A stretch of 64,000 nt of DNA. It comes from Eubacteriales bacterium. GTDB lineage: Bacteria; Bacillota; Clostridia; Oscillospirales; CAG-272. Both the position numbers and the translations under genes were made by a program. Below are positions 20,193 to 28,823 of this stretch, piece by piece (position 1 is the first letter of the stretch; every line of letters starts with the position of its first letter). The notes beneath the pieces are model-generated. The model did no database searches and was not told the DNA's origin. It saw only the letters and a program-made list of their open reading frames with translations. The stretch covers positions 11,152 to 75,151 of the forward strand of contig JAZRGT010000099.1 in assembly GCA_045644325.1 (NCBI GenBank), in the 5' to 3' direction.

Positions 20193-20257
20193 ATTAGATC
20201 TCCTTTCTTATCAATTGATAGTTGATTGTATAACCTAACAAATTTTGATTAATTTCG

Positions 20258-20372
20258 TTTTTTCGGCGGATTTGCCGACCGAAAAAACACCGCCGAGGCG
20301 AGCTATGTGCGCCCGCGCGCCGAGGGGAGTCGTCAAAAACCTTGATTTTGACGACGGCGATAAGCGCGCGAC
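20258..20372. repeat. GC-rich nested palindromic intergenic element in the DUF975 leader
   Basis: Hairpin GTCGTCAAAA/TTTTGACGAC (20329-20355) is enclosed by CGCGCGC/GCGCGCG (20314-20320/20364-20370). A second bulged hairpin lies at 20258-20287. Direct repeat GCCGAGG occurs twice. Confidence 0.5.
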
Positions 20373-20407
20373 TTCAATTATAAAACAAGGTTTTACAATT
20401 GACTATA

Positions 20408-21325
20408 TCAGTTGATTTGTTCTCTGTCGTAGGGTGTGGTCTGATAAACGAAATAATTGAGCCAATTGGAATAAAGCAGATTTGCACAGCTTCTCCAGGT
20501 TACGATGGGGTCGAGGGTATCGTCGTCATTCGGGAAATAGTTATAAGGAATCTCGATGGGAAGCCCCGCGTTTTTATCGCGGAGATATTCAGCTTTGAGA
20601 GTTCCGGCATCGTATTCCGAATGACCTGTAATGAAGATCTGTCTGCCGCGGTCGGTAGCGCAGGCATAGAGTCCCGCAACGGGGGATGTGGAAAGTATCT
20701 TGAGCTCGGGGCAAGCCTCTACATCCTCGATTCGCACGGTAGTATGGCGCGAATGAGGAACGAAGAATTTATCGTCAAAGCCTCTGAAAAGCATTGAGGA
20801 GCGACGGTCAACCGTGTGCTCAAAGACACCGAACAGCTTAGAATCAAGAGGATATTTCTTGATTCCGTAATGATAATAAAGTCCAGCCTGTGCACCCCAG
20901 CAGATATGGAAGGTGGAGGTTACGTTTGTCTTCGACCATTCCATAATCTCGCAGAGCTCATCCCAGTAGGTTACCTGCTCAAACGGGAGCTGTTCAACGG
21001 GCGCACCGGTTATGATCATACCGTCGTATTTCTTATGCTTGACCTCATCGAAAGTCTTATAGAAGGCAAGCATATGCTCGGCAGAGGTGTGCGTTGCCTT
21101 ATGAGTAGCGGTCTGAAGGAGTTCAAGCTCTACCTGAAGTGGCGTGTTTCCTATCAGGCGCGCGATCTGAGTCTCTGTTGTGATCTTCTGCGGCATCAGA
21201 TTGAGCATAAGGATATTAAGAGGTCTGATATCCTGCGTGATCGCGCGTGTCTCCGTCATAACAAAGATATTTTCGTCAAGCAGAGTCTGTGTCGCGGGAA
21301 GAAGATTGGGAATTTTGATAGGCAT
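20408..21325 (-). CDS. metA: Homoserine O-acyltransferase (MetA family)
   Basis: [12 protein letters not shown]-terminus, [21 protein letters not shown] active-site Cys context; 305 aa. Confidence 0.9.
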   Translation of the reverse strand: MPIKIPNLLPATQTLLDENIFVMTETRAITQDIRPLNILMLNLMPQKITTETQIARLIGNTPLQVELELLQTATHKATHTSAEHMLAFYKTFDEVKHKKYDGMIITGAPVEQLPFEQVTYWDELCEIMEWSKTNVTSTFHICWGAQAGLYYHYGIKKYPLDSKLFGVFEHTVDRRSSMLFRGFDDKFFVPHSRHTTVRIEDVEACPELKILSTSPVAGLYACATDRGRQIFITGHSEYDAGTLKAEYLRDKNAGLPIEIPYNYFPNDDDTLDPIVTWRSCANLLYSNWLNYFVYQTTPYDREQIN

Positions 21326-21341
21326 ATTTTACTCCTGAAAA

Positions 21342-22646
21342 TTAAGCGTTTGCAAGTGCCTGCTCGATATCGGCGATGATATCATCGATATGCTCAGTAC
21401 CGACGGAAAGTCTTACAAGACCTGCGGGAATGCCTGCCGCTTCAAGCTGCTCGTCGGTGAGCTGGCGGTGGGTGGTGGATGCGGGATTGAGAACGCTCGT
21501 GCGCGAATCAGCTACGTGAACCACGATAGCAGCAAGCTTGAGGGAATCCATAAACTTGACGGCAGAATCACGGCCGCCCTTGATAACGAAGGAAACTACA
21601 CCCGCGCAACCGTCGGGGAGGTACTTCTTCGCAAGGGAGTGGCGGGGATCGTTTTCAAGTCCGGGATAGGAAACGCTTTCGACCTTCTCGTGAGCCTCGA
21701 GGTACTTCGACACAGCGAGAGCGTTCGAACAATGTCTTTCCATACGAAGGTGGAGAGTCTCAAGTCCGAGGTTGAGAAGAAATGCGCTCATTGCGGTCAT
21801 TGCGATACCCATATCGCGAACGAGCTGAACGCGAGCTTTGGTAACGTAAGCCATATCATTTCCGAACTGCTTAACGTAAGCAACGCCGTGATACGAGGGA
21901 TCGGGATCGTTGAGTTCGGGCCACTTTTCGGGGTTAGCGGACCAATCGAACTTACCGCCATCAACAACACAACCGCCTACAACTGTAGCGTGACCGTCCA
22001 TATACTTGGTGGTGGAATGAACGATAATATCGCATCCGTGCTCGAAGGGACGGCAAAGGATGGGAGTCGGGAAGGTATTATCAACTACGAAGGGGATGCC
22101 GTTTTTGTGAGCAATTGCGGCAAATCTGTCGAAGTCGAGAACGTCGAGTGCGGGATTTGCGATAGTCTCGCCGAAAAGCATACGGGTGTTATCATCGATA
22201 AGCGCTTCGATCTCATCGTCACTCATAGAAGAGGTTGCAAAGCGAACCTCGATGCCGAAGCGCTTGAGAGTTACTGCGAAAAGATTTACAGTTCCTCCGT
22301 AAATAGCGGCAAGAGAAACGATATTCTGCCCTGCTTTGGTGATATTGAGAACTGCAAGAAGTATAGCCGCCATACCGGACGAGGTAAGGATCGCTCCGGT
22401 GCCGCCCTCGAGATCGGTGATCTTCTTCTCTACCTCTGCAACCGTGGGGTTGGAGATTCGGGAGTACATATGGCCGTCAGCCTTGAGGTCGAAGAGGTCT
22501 CCTACTTCTTCGGAAGAGCAGTATTTATAGGTAGTGCTCTGGTATATGGGAAGAACGCGGGGCTCACCGTTTCCGGGGTTGTAGCCCGACTGAATGCATT
22601 TTGTTTCGATCTTGAAATCAGACATTTTATCCTCACTTTCGCGCAA
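21342..22646 (-). CDS. metY: O-acetylhomoserine sulfhydrylase (PLP-dependent, Cys/Met metabolism family)
   Basis: PLP lysine motif HSTTKYMDGH; N-terminal YNPGNGEPRVLPIYQSTTY signature. Confidence 0.9.
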   Translation of the reverse strand: MRESEDKMSDFKIETKCIQSGYNPGNGEPRVLPIYQSTTYKYCSSEEVGDLFDLKADGHMYSRISNPTVAEVEKKITDLEGGTGAILTSSGMAAILLAVLNITKAGQNIVSLAAIYGGTVNLFAVTLKRFGIEVRFATSSMSDDEIEALIDDNTRMLFGETIANPALDVLDFDRFAAIAHKNGIPFVVDNTFPTPILCRPFEHGCDIIVHSTTKYMDGHATVVGGCVVDGGKFDWSANPEKWPELNDPDPSYHGVAYVKQFGNDMAYVTKARVQLVRDMGIAMTAMSAFLLNLGLETLHLRMERHCSNALAVSKYLEAHEKVESVSYPGLENDPRHSLAKKYLPDGCAGVVSFVIKGGRDSAVKFMDSLKLAAIVVHVADSRTSVLNPASTTHRQLTDEQLEAAGIPAGLVRLSVGTEHIDDIIADIEQALANA

Positions 22647-22657
22647 AATCGCGCAAA
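22639..22657. promoter_or_regulatory. Tandem direct repeat TCGCGCAAA x2 between the metY promoter and SD (candidate operator)
   Basis: Units at 22639-22647 and 22649-22657, each containing a GCGC palindromic core. Confidence 0.3.
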
Positions 22658-22675
22658 CAACATTATTTCACAGTA

Positions 22676-22704
22676 ATTATATCACAAAGAATAACAAATT
22701 TCAA
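22676..22704 (-). promoter_or_regulatory. Consensus sigma-A promoter of metY-metA
   Basis: Minus strand reads TTGAAA, 17-nt spacer, TATAAT. The leader is only about 25 nt. Confidence 0.7.
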
Positions 22705-22711
22705 TAGAAAA

Positions 22712-22746
22712 TACAAAAAATCCTTCTCCGCAGATACGGAGAAGGA
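22712..22746 (-). terminator. Rho-independent terminator after dpaB
   Basis: Stem TCCTTCTCCG/CGGAGAAGGA, 6-nt loop, then TTTTTTGTAT on the minus strand. Confidence 0.85.
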
Positions 22747-22752
22747 TCGGTT

Positions 22753-23319
22753 TCAGTTCAGAAACAACGGACGGAGCTGTTCCCCTCGCAAGGCAGCGTA
22801 GAAGGAGTCTCCGAGCTTGCTGAAATCGCAGACGAGCGAATTCGGCTTTTTCTCCGGATCGTCCTGCGTAAGCGGAACAAAATAAATGCTTTTACGCTTT
22901 TGCATTGCGTTAAGATTTGAAAGATTTGCGGATAGACCGTCGTTCGTCGCGAGCGCGATCAGTAGAGGTCGGTCGCAACGCAGATGTGCCTTTGCCGCCA
23001 TTGTGACGGGTGTGTCGGTGATTCCGAGTGCCAGTTTTGCGAGAGTGTTTCCCGTACAGGGGCAGATTATAAGCAAGTCGAGCTTTTCCTTGGGACCTAG
23101 CGGCTCGGCGTCCGCGATCGTTTTTATGACGTCTCTGCCGCAGATCGATTCGATTTTTATAATATGATCTGCCGCCGCGCCGAAGCGCGTGTCTACAGAC
23201 GATGCGTTGAAGCTCATGATCGGAACTATTTCGTGTCCGATATCAACGAGTCGCTTTAGTTGCTCCATTGACTGAGCGAACGTGCAGAATGAACCGCAAA
23301 ATGCAAATCCTATCTTCAA
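22753..23319 (-). CDS. dpaB: Dipicolinate synthase subunit B (flavoprotein family)
   Basis: MKIGFAFCGSFCTF N-terminus and CPCTGNTLAKLA flavoprotein motif. 4-nt overlap with the upstream dpaA. Confidence 0.85.
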   Translation of the reverse strand: MKIGFAFCGSFCTFAQSMEQLKRLVDIGHEIVPIMSFNASSVDTRFGAAADHIIKIESICGRDVIKTIADAEPLGPKEKLDLLIICPCTGNTLAKLALGITDTPVTMAAKAHLRCDRPLLIALATNDGLSANLSNLNAMQKRKSIYFVPLTQDDPEKKPNSLVCDFSKLGDSFYAALRGEQLRPLFLN

Positions 23320-24218
23320 GTTATCCCCTCGCTTTCAAAGAGCTCGTCGAGCACATCTGCAATGATCGTGCCGGCACTTTCCGGTGCGTATTTACCAGGA
23401 AGCGAAAGTGCCCACACGGCTTCTATACCTCTGTCCCTCGCGGCGGCAAAATCCACACCTCCCGGAACTGAGGCGAGGTCAACGAAAAGTATTCTTTTAT
23501 CAGTAGCGTTCAGAACCTCGACGTCAAATATTACCGAAGGGACGGTGTTGAATATCACGTCACAGCATTCGCGGCTGAGTATTTTGTCAAGTCCTCTGCG
23601 CGGTGCGTTTTCTGATATTTTCAAGGTTCGGTATCCGAAGGAAGCGGCTTCTGCAAGCTGACCGCAGTTTCTCGCCGCAACAGTCACCTCTGCTCCTATT
23701 CGCGCCAGCAGGTAGGAAAGCATTTTTCCTATCCTTCCGTACCCTACAACGGCGGCGCGGCATCCGCGTACGGTTCTGCTCATTTTCTGCATTGCGATCG
23801 ATACCGCGCCCTCGGCTGTAGGCTCTGCATTTCGAATACGAAGGCTTTCCGAATCAAAATAGTCGATCACGCGTTTGTTATGCAATTCCGCAAACATTTT
23901 TATCGAATCCTCAAACCGACCGCCGAAAACGGGTACCTCGGTGAAATTCAAAAGTGTTATGATCTTTAATTTATCGTCCTCATTACCGTACGAGCAATTT
24001 ATATTAAGTCCATCCGAAGATGCAGGAAGGGGAAGGATCACAGCATCGGCACCGCGCACAGCATCCCTCCAATCCCTGCATCTGACGCCTCCGCCTATCC
24101 CCATTTCCCTACCGAGTCCCCAAACGGCGCACTCGTATCCGCGCGCGGAAAGTGCCGCGGCGAGGTAGCCCTGACGTGCGTCACCGCCGAGCAAAGCAAG
24201 CTTGATATCTCTTTCCAT
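23316..24218 (-). CDS. dpaA: Dipicolinate synthase subunit A (NAD-binding dehydrogenase-like)
   Basis: VVGYGRIGK Rossmann motif, about 300 aa, paired with dpaB. Confidence 0.8.
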   Translation of the reverse strand: MERDIKLALLGGDARQGYLAAALSARGYECAVWGLGREMGIGGGVRCRDWRDAVRGADAVILPLPASSDGLNINCSYGNEDDKLKIITLLNFTEVPVFGGRFEDSIKMFAELHNKRVIDYFDSESLRIRNAEPTAEGAVSIAMQKMSRTVRGCRAAVVGYGRIGKMLSYLLARIGAEVTVAARNCGQLAEAASFGYRTLKISENAPRRGLDKILSRECCDVIFNTVPSVIFDVEVLNATDKRILFVDLASVPGGVDFAAARDRGIEAVWALSLPGKYAPESAGTIIADVLDELFESEGIT

Positions 24219-24251
24219 CAGTTGATCCTCATAAATTAAGGTTTTATACTA

Positions 24252-24280
24252 CATAATATGACAAATCAAAGAAAGATGTG
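24252..24280 (-). promoter_or_regulatory. Possible sigma-K-type sporulation promoter of dpaAB
   Basis: Minus strand reads AC, 17 nt, CATATTATG, which resembles AC-N16/17-CATANNNTA. Confidence 0.3.
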
Positions 24281-24282
24281 AA

Positions 24283-24310
24283 GAACCCGAAAGCCTGCGC
24301 TTTCGGGTTC
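24283..24310 (-). terminator. Terminator after the biotin-ligase-like gene
   Basis: Perfect 12-bp stem GAACCCGAAAGC/GCTTTCGGGTTC with a 4-nt loop. Confidence 0.7.
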
Positions 24311-24316
24311 TGTTAA

Positions 24317-25039
24317 TTATAAAATTATAAGACCTGCGGTGGTATTCGTGAATTCGGGGCGTTTGCCCTCTACCGAGAATATCAGCGAAAAATCAGAGGC
24401 AATGCTCACAGCAGTACCGCATCTTCCGTCCGGGAGCATAATACTTCTGCCGGGGGTGGTGCAGTATTTGCAATAGTCGCTGTAAAGCTTATCGGGCACG
24501 ACCTCGGGAAGGTGATTGCAGAGGCGATCGGCGATCTCGATCATCAGTCGTTCCGTATCAACGGGGTCAAGTCCGAGAGTCGTCACTCTGCCGCGAAGCT
24601 CGTCGGGCATATCAGCATATCCCGTATTGATTCCAAAGCCGATGCGAATCGCTGTCAGCTTGCCTTCCTTTACGGTAACTGCGGTTAAAACTCCACCGTA
24701 CTTTTTGCCGTCGAGCTGAAGATCGTTAACCCATTTGATTCCGAGTCGCTGATCAAAATCCGAACAGGCATCAAGCACCGCGTCGGTTATCGTAACCGTG
24801 GAGAAAGGTCCGAGCTTAGAGGAAAACGCGGGCTCGCAGACATCTGCGTATTCTCCGACGAGAAGAAGAGTTGCGTAGATACCGTTATCCTTCGGTGAAT
24901 AAAAGGTATGAGTGCCTTGCCCCTTGCCTGCGGTTTGCTCGCGAGCTGTAAAGAGATACGCACCGTCAGAAAGCTCCTTCATTCGTCTTCCCGCTTCCGC
25001 AAAGGTAGAGTCTATGGTATCAAATCTGAATATTTCCAT
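24317..25039 (-). CDS. Biotin protein ligase family protein (no N-terminal HTH), divergent biotin-loop motif
   Basis: REQTAGKGQGTHTFYSP aligns to the BPL GRGRxGRxW loop. KWVNDL motif present. 240 aa. Confidence 0.6.
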   Translation of the reverse strand: MEIFRFDTIDSTFAEAGRRMKELSDGAYLFTAREQTAGKGQGTHTFYSPKDNGIYATLLLVGEYADVCEPAFSSKLGPFSTVTITDAVLDACSDFDQRLGIKWVNDLQLDGKKYGGVLTAVTVKEGKLTAIRIGFGINTGYADMPDELRGRVTTLGLDPVDTERLMIEIADRLCNHLPEVVPDKLYSDYCKYCTTPGRSIMLPDGRCGTAVSIASDFSLIFSVEGKRPEFTNTTAGLIIL

Positions 25040-25042
25040 ATA

Positions 25043-26032
25043 TTATCTTTCCTCTCGGAAATAGGACTGACCGAGTGCTGCGGGAGGCTGATGCTCGCGC
25101 TTCTTACGGGAACTTGTGAATACGAGAACGATGATGGTTACAAGGTACGGGAGCATCTTGATAAGCTCCTTGGTGCTTCCAGAGAGACCGGAAATAAATA
25201 CGCTCGCGATATAAAGTCCGCCGAAAATATAGGACGAGAGAATTGCGCTTTTGGGTTTCCAGAGAGCGAAAATAACGATTGCGATAGCAAGCCATCCGCG
25301 GTCGCCGAAGCCATTGTTTGTCCACGCGCCCGTGGTATAATCCATAACGAAGTAAAGTCCGCCAAGTCCCGCGATAGCGCCGCCGACACAGGTTGCAACA
25401 TACTTATAGAGTGCTACGTTGATTCCCGCGGCATCCGCAGTTGCGGGGTTTTCACCGATAGCGCGGAGATGAAGTCCGTGACGTGTATTGTCCAGGAAAC
25501 GCTGTGCAAGAATCGCAATAATAATAGCAAGATAAACGAGGAATCCAAATGAGAAGAAGGTCTCCCCAACGATGCCGAGCTCCGAAAGATACGGAATCTT
25601 GGTCTTGTATGCGTTGCCGGTGATGTAGAGGGAGATCGAGCCGGTCTCGCCGAAGAACTTAAGGAGAGAGCCGCCGTAGAAGTTACCGAGACCTACACCG
25701 AGAGTGGTCAGCGCAAGACCGACGACATTCTGATTTGCCTTAAGAGTAATGGTAAGGAAACTGTAAATAAATGCGATGAAGACAGAACCGAGGATCGACG
25801 CCAAGAGAGAAATGACGACACAGAGGATCGGTATGGGCTCTGAGCAGAAATGCTCGTAGAGATATCCACCGATGATGCCCGAGATACCGCCAATATACAT
25901 AATACCGGGGATACCGAGGTTGAGATTACCGCTCTTTTCGGTAATTATCTCACCCGTTGCACCGAAAAGAAGAGGGGTGCCCTGAACTATAGCCGCGGCG
26001 ATAAACGCCATGATCTTTGCAAAAATGTCCAT
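25043..26032 (-). CDS. ABC transporter permease (BMP/nucleoside-type, NupQ/YufQ-like)
   Basis: Polytopic membrane protein, last gene of the SBP-ATPase-permease-permease operon. Confidence 0.8.
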   Translation of the reverse strand: MDIFAKIMAFIAAAIVQGTPLLFGATGEIITEKSGNLNLGIPGIMYIGGISGIIGGYLYEHFCSEPIPILCVVISLLASILGSVFIAFIYSFLTITLKANQNVVGLALTTLGVGLGNFYGGSLLKFFGETGSISLYITGNAYKTKIPYLSELGIVGETFFSFGFLVYLAIIIAILAQRFLDNTRHGLHLRAIGENPATADAAGINVALYKYVATCVGGAIAGLGGLYFVMDYTTGAWTNNGFGDRGWLAIAIVIFALWKPKSAILSSYIFGGLYIASVFISGLSGSTKELIKMLPYLVTIIVLVFTSSRKKREHQPPAALGQSYFREER

Positions 26033-27147
26033 TATTCAGCCTTCTCCTTTCTATTTTTTTTACGGAAGTGAATCTGATAATTTACGAAGAAATCGCTGGA
26101 AACGATAAAGAGGATGATAATTCCGGTGAGAACCTCGCCGACGCTCGAGTTAAGTCCGAGGTTCGACGCGATCTCGTTAGCACCCTTCTGCAGGAAGCAT
26201 ACGAGGATCGAGGAGAATATCATAGTAATGGGGTTGAACTTTGACATCCAGGAAACCATGATAGCGGTAAAGCCGTTACCTCCTACCGCACTCGAGTTGA
26301 TAGAGTGGTCAGTTCCTGCCGCGAGGATCCATCCCATAACGCCGCAGAGCGCACCCGAGATGAGAACGGTACGGATGATTACCTTTTTAACGTTGATACC
26401 GATATATCGCGCGGTATTTTCGCTTTCACCAACAACTGCTATCTCATAGCCCTGCTTGCTCTTTTTGAGATAGATATATATAGCAGCTGTAAGGAAAGCG
26501 ACGATGAGGATGTTCAGAAGATATTTCTGACCAAGGATTGTGGGGAACCAACCGTTCTGAGTGTTTGAATTGACAAGTCCGAGAACCATTGATCCGCTGG
26601 GAACCCAATACATGATGAGAAGCGAAACAAGCTGTGCAGCAACATAGTTCATCATAAGAGTAAAGAGGGTTTCATTGGTATTCCAGATAGCCTTGAAGAA
26701 TCCGGGAATGCCCGCCCACACTGCGCCCGCAACGATACTTGCGAAAAGCGAAATAATGATAAGAAGCCAGGAAGGAAGCGAATCACCGATATAGATCATA
26801 CAAGCGATGCTCGCAAGCATGCCGATAAGCACCTGACCCTCAGCACCCGTGTTCCAGAAGCGCATCTTGAAAGCGGGAGTAACTGCAAGTGAAATTCCGA
26901 GGAGGATGGCTGACGCCTGAAGGAGATTCCAGATCTTTCTGGGTGAGCCAAAGCTTCCCATAAACATTGCGCTGAAAACCTTGAGAGGATTTTCGTTTGT
27001 GAGCAATATAGTCAGTATTGCACAAAATACTATGCCTACAAGAATAACGATAGACTTGATCAGCATCTGCTTTGATTTGGGCATCTCGCCTCTTTTCGTG
27101 ATATACACGAGAGGCTCTTTGTGAGTCTTGTAATTATTCTTCATCAC
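26032..27147 (-). CDS. ABC transporter permease (BMP/nucleoside-type, NupP/YufP-like)
   Basis: Polytopic membrane protein with overlapping stop/start to both neighbours. Confidence 0.8.
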   Translation of the reverse strand: MMKNNYKTHKEPLVYITKRGEMPKSKQMLIKSIVILVGIVFCAILTILLTNENPLKVFSAMFMGSFGSPRKIWNLLQASAILLGISLAVTPAFKMRFWNTGAEGQVLIGMLASIACMIYIGDSLPSWLLIIISLFASIVAGAVWAGIPGFFKAIWNTNETLFTLMMNYVAAQLVSLLIMYWVPSGSMVLGLVNSNTQNGWFPTILGQKYLLNILIVAFLTAAIYIYLKKSKQGYEIAVVGESENTARYIGINVKKVIIRTVLISGALCGVMGWILAAGTDHSINSSAVGGNGFTAIMVSWMSKFNPITMIFSSILVCFLQKGANEIASNLGLNSSVGEVLTGIIILFIVSSDFFVNYQIHFRKKNRKEKAE

Positions 27148-28678
27148 GCTTCTCCTCCCATCTGTCAGTTTTAGTCATAAGATAACCAACCTCATTCTTG
27201 GTGGCGGTTCTGCCATCGAGAACACCCGTGATTCTACCGCCTCCAATGACCATAATGCGGTCGCAAAGGTCAAGAAGCACGTCAAGGTCCTCGCCTACGA
27301 AAATAACTGCTACGCCCTTTTTCTTCTGATCGTTGAGCAGATCGTAAATGAGGTACGAGGAATTTATATCGAGACCTCGAACGGGGTACGCCGCCATAAG
27401 AAGTGTGGGCGACGAGGAAATTTCACGACCAAGCAAGATCTTCTGAACGTTACCGCCCGAAAGACGGCGAACGGGAGTCTCAGCGTCGGGTGTTGCGACC
27501 TCAAGCTCCTTGATGATCTTTTGAGCAAGCTCCTCGGGGCCGTGCTTGTCAACGAATACCGATTTGCCTCGGCGGTAGCTTCGGAGCATCATATTGTCAA
27601 TAACGCTCATATTACCGACGAGTCCCATTCCGAGTCTGTCCTCGGGGACGAAGGAAAGACGAACGCCGAGCTCACGGATCTCAAGCGGGGTTTTATCGCG
27701 GAGCTCCTCCGCCTGTCCGTTTTTAGGGTTATTATAGACGATTGAGCCGCTGTCGAGCTTCTGAAGTCCTGCGATAGCCTCGAGGAGCTCGCGCTGACCG
27801 CTTCCTGCGATACCCGCGATACCGAGTATTTCGCCCGAACGCGCCGTGAAGCTGACGTTGTCAAGAAGCTTGATGCCGTCTCGGTTTCTGCAATCAATAT
27901 TTTTAACAACCAATCTATCCTGCGGGTCAACGGGGTCGGGACGGTCGATATTGAGCTCGACCTTCTTACCGACCATCATTTCGGTCAGGATATTTTCGTC
28001 CGCATCGCAAGTATCGATAGTTCCTACGTATTCACCGTGACGGAGAACGGCAACTCTGTCGGAAAGATCGAGAACCTCGTGCAGCTTGTGGGTGATAATG
28101 ATTATCGCCTTGCCATCGTCACGCATTCTGCGAAGGACGTTGAAAAGCTTGCGGGTCTCCTGAGGTGTGAGAACGGCAGTCGGCTCATCAAGAATGAGGA
28201 TATCTGCGCCTCTGTAGAGCACCTTGATGATCTCGACAGTCTGCTTTTCAGATACAGACATTTCGTATATTTTTTTAGAGGGAACAATATCAAATCCGTA
28301 CTTTGCGCTTATGGTAGCGACCTTCAATGAAGCAGATCTGATATCGAATTTACCTCGCTTTCCTAGTCCAAGAACGATATTTTCAGCAGCGGTAAAAAGA
28401 TCTACCAGCTTGAAATGCTGATGGATCATACCGATCTTATAATTAAATGCGTCGTGAGGTGAATTTATGGATACCTCTTTGCCGCCTATAAGAATCTGAC
28501 CTTCATCGGGATGGTAAATACCCGAGATCATATTCATAAGCGTAGTTTTACCGCTTCCGTTTTCACCGAGAAGCGAAAGTATCTCACCGTTGCGGACCGT
28601 GAGATTGACGTTGCTGTTGGCAACAACGCTTCCGAATCGCTTTGTAATTCCGCGGAGTTCTATTGCTACGTTGTTCAT
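27134..28678 (-). CDS. ABC transporter ATP-binding protein with duplicated ATPase domains
   Basis: Walker A GENGSGKTT, a second P-loop GIAGSGQ, signature LSGGNVQK, 514 aa. Confidence 0.9.
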   Translation of the reverse strand: MNNVAIELRGITKRFGSVVANSNVNLTVRNGEILSLLGENGSGKTTLMNMISGIYHPDEGQILIGGKEVSINSPHDAFNYKIGMIHQHFKLVDLFTAAENIVLGLGKRGKFDIRSASLKVATISAKYGFDIVPSKKIYEMSVSEKQTVEIIKVLYRGADILILDEPTAVLTPQETRKLFNVLRRMRDDGKAIIIITHKLHEVLDLSDRVAVLRHGEYVGTIDTCDADENILTEMMVGKKVELNIDRPDPVDPQDRLVVKNIDCRNRDGIKLLDNVSFTARSGEILGIAGIAGSGQRELLEAIAGLQKLDSGSIVYNNPKNGQAEELRDKTPLEIRELGVRLSFVPEDRLGMGLVGNMSVIDNMMLRSYRRGKSVFVDKHGPEELAQKIIKELEVATPDAETPVRRLSGGNVQKILLGREISSSPTLLMAAYPVRGLDINSSYLIYDLLNDQKKKGVAVIFVGEDLDVLLDLCDRIMVIGGGRITGVLDGRTATKNEVGYLMTKTDRWEEKRDEE

Positions 28679-28764
28679 TGAGCCTTCCCTTTCATTAGCA
28701 AGTTTACAAAACTTTTATCCCAAAGCAGAACATATTATGCTCTCGGATAAAAATTCCGTATAGA

Positions 28765-28809
28765 TAAAAACGCCCATAGGGATGTCGAGAAATTCGACAT
28801 CCCCTATAG
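28765..28809 (-). terminator. Intra-operon attenuator/terminator hairpin after the binding-protein gene
   Basis: Stem GATGTCGA/TCGACATC extended by ATAGG/CCTAT, followed on the minus strand by GCGTTTTTAT. Confidence 0.65.
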
Positions 28810-28823
28810 GCTTTAAGGTAAAA

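Noticed and set aside
22647-22752. SAM riboswitch or T-box upstream of metY-metA; also T-box upstream of metG (16896 onward)
   Set aside because: Only about 100 nt separate metY from dpaB, and that space is filled by a terminator and a promoter. The metG start overlaps the upstream gene. No S-box or T-box specifier/T-box motifs were seen.
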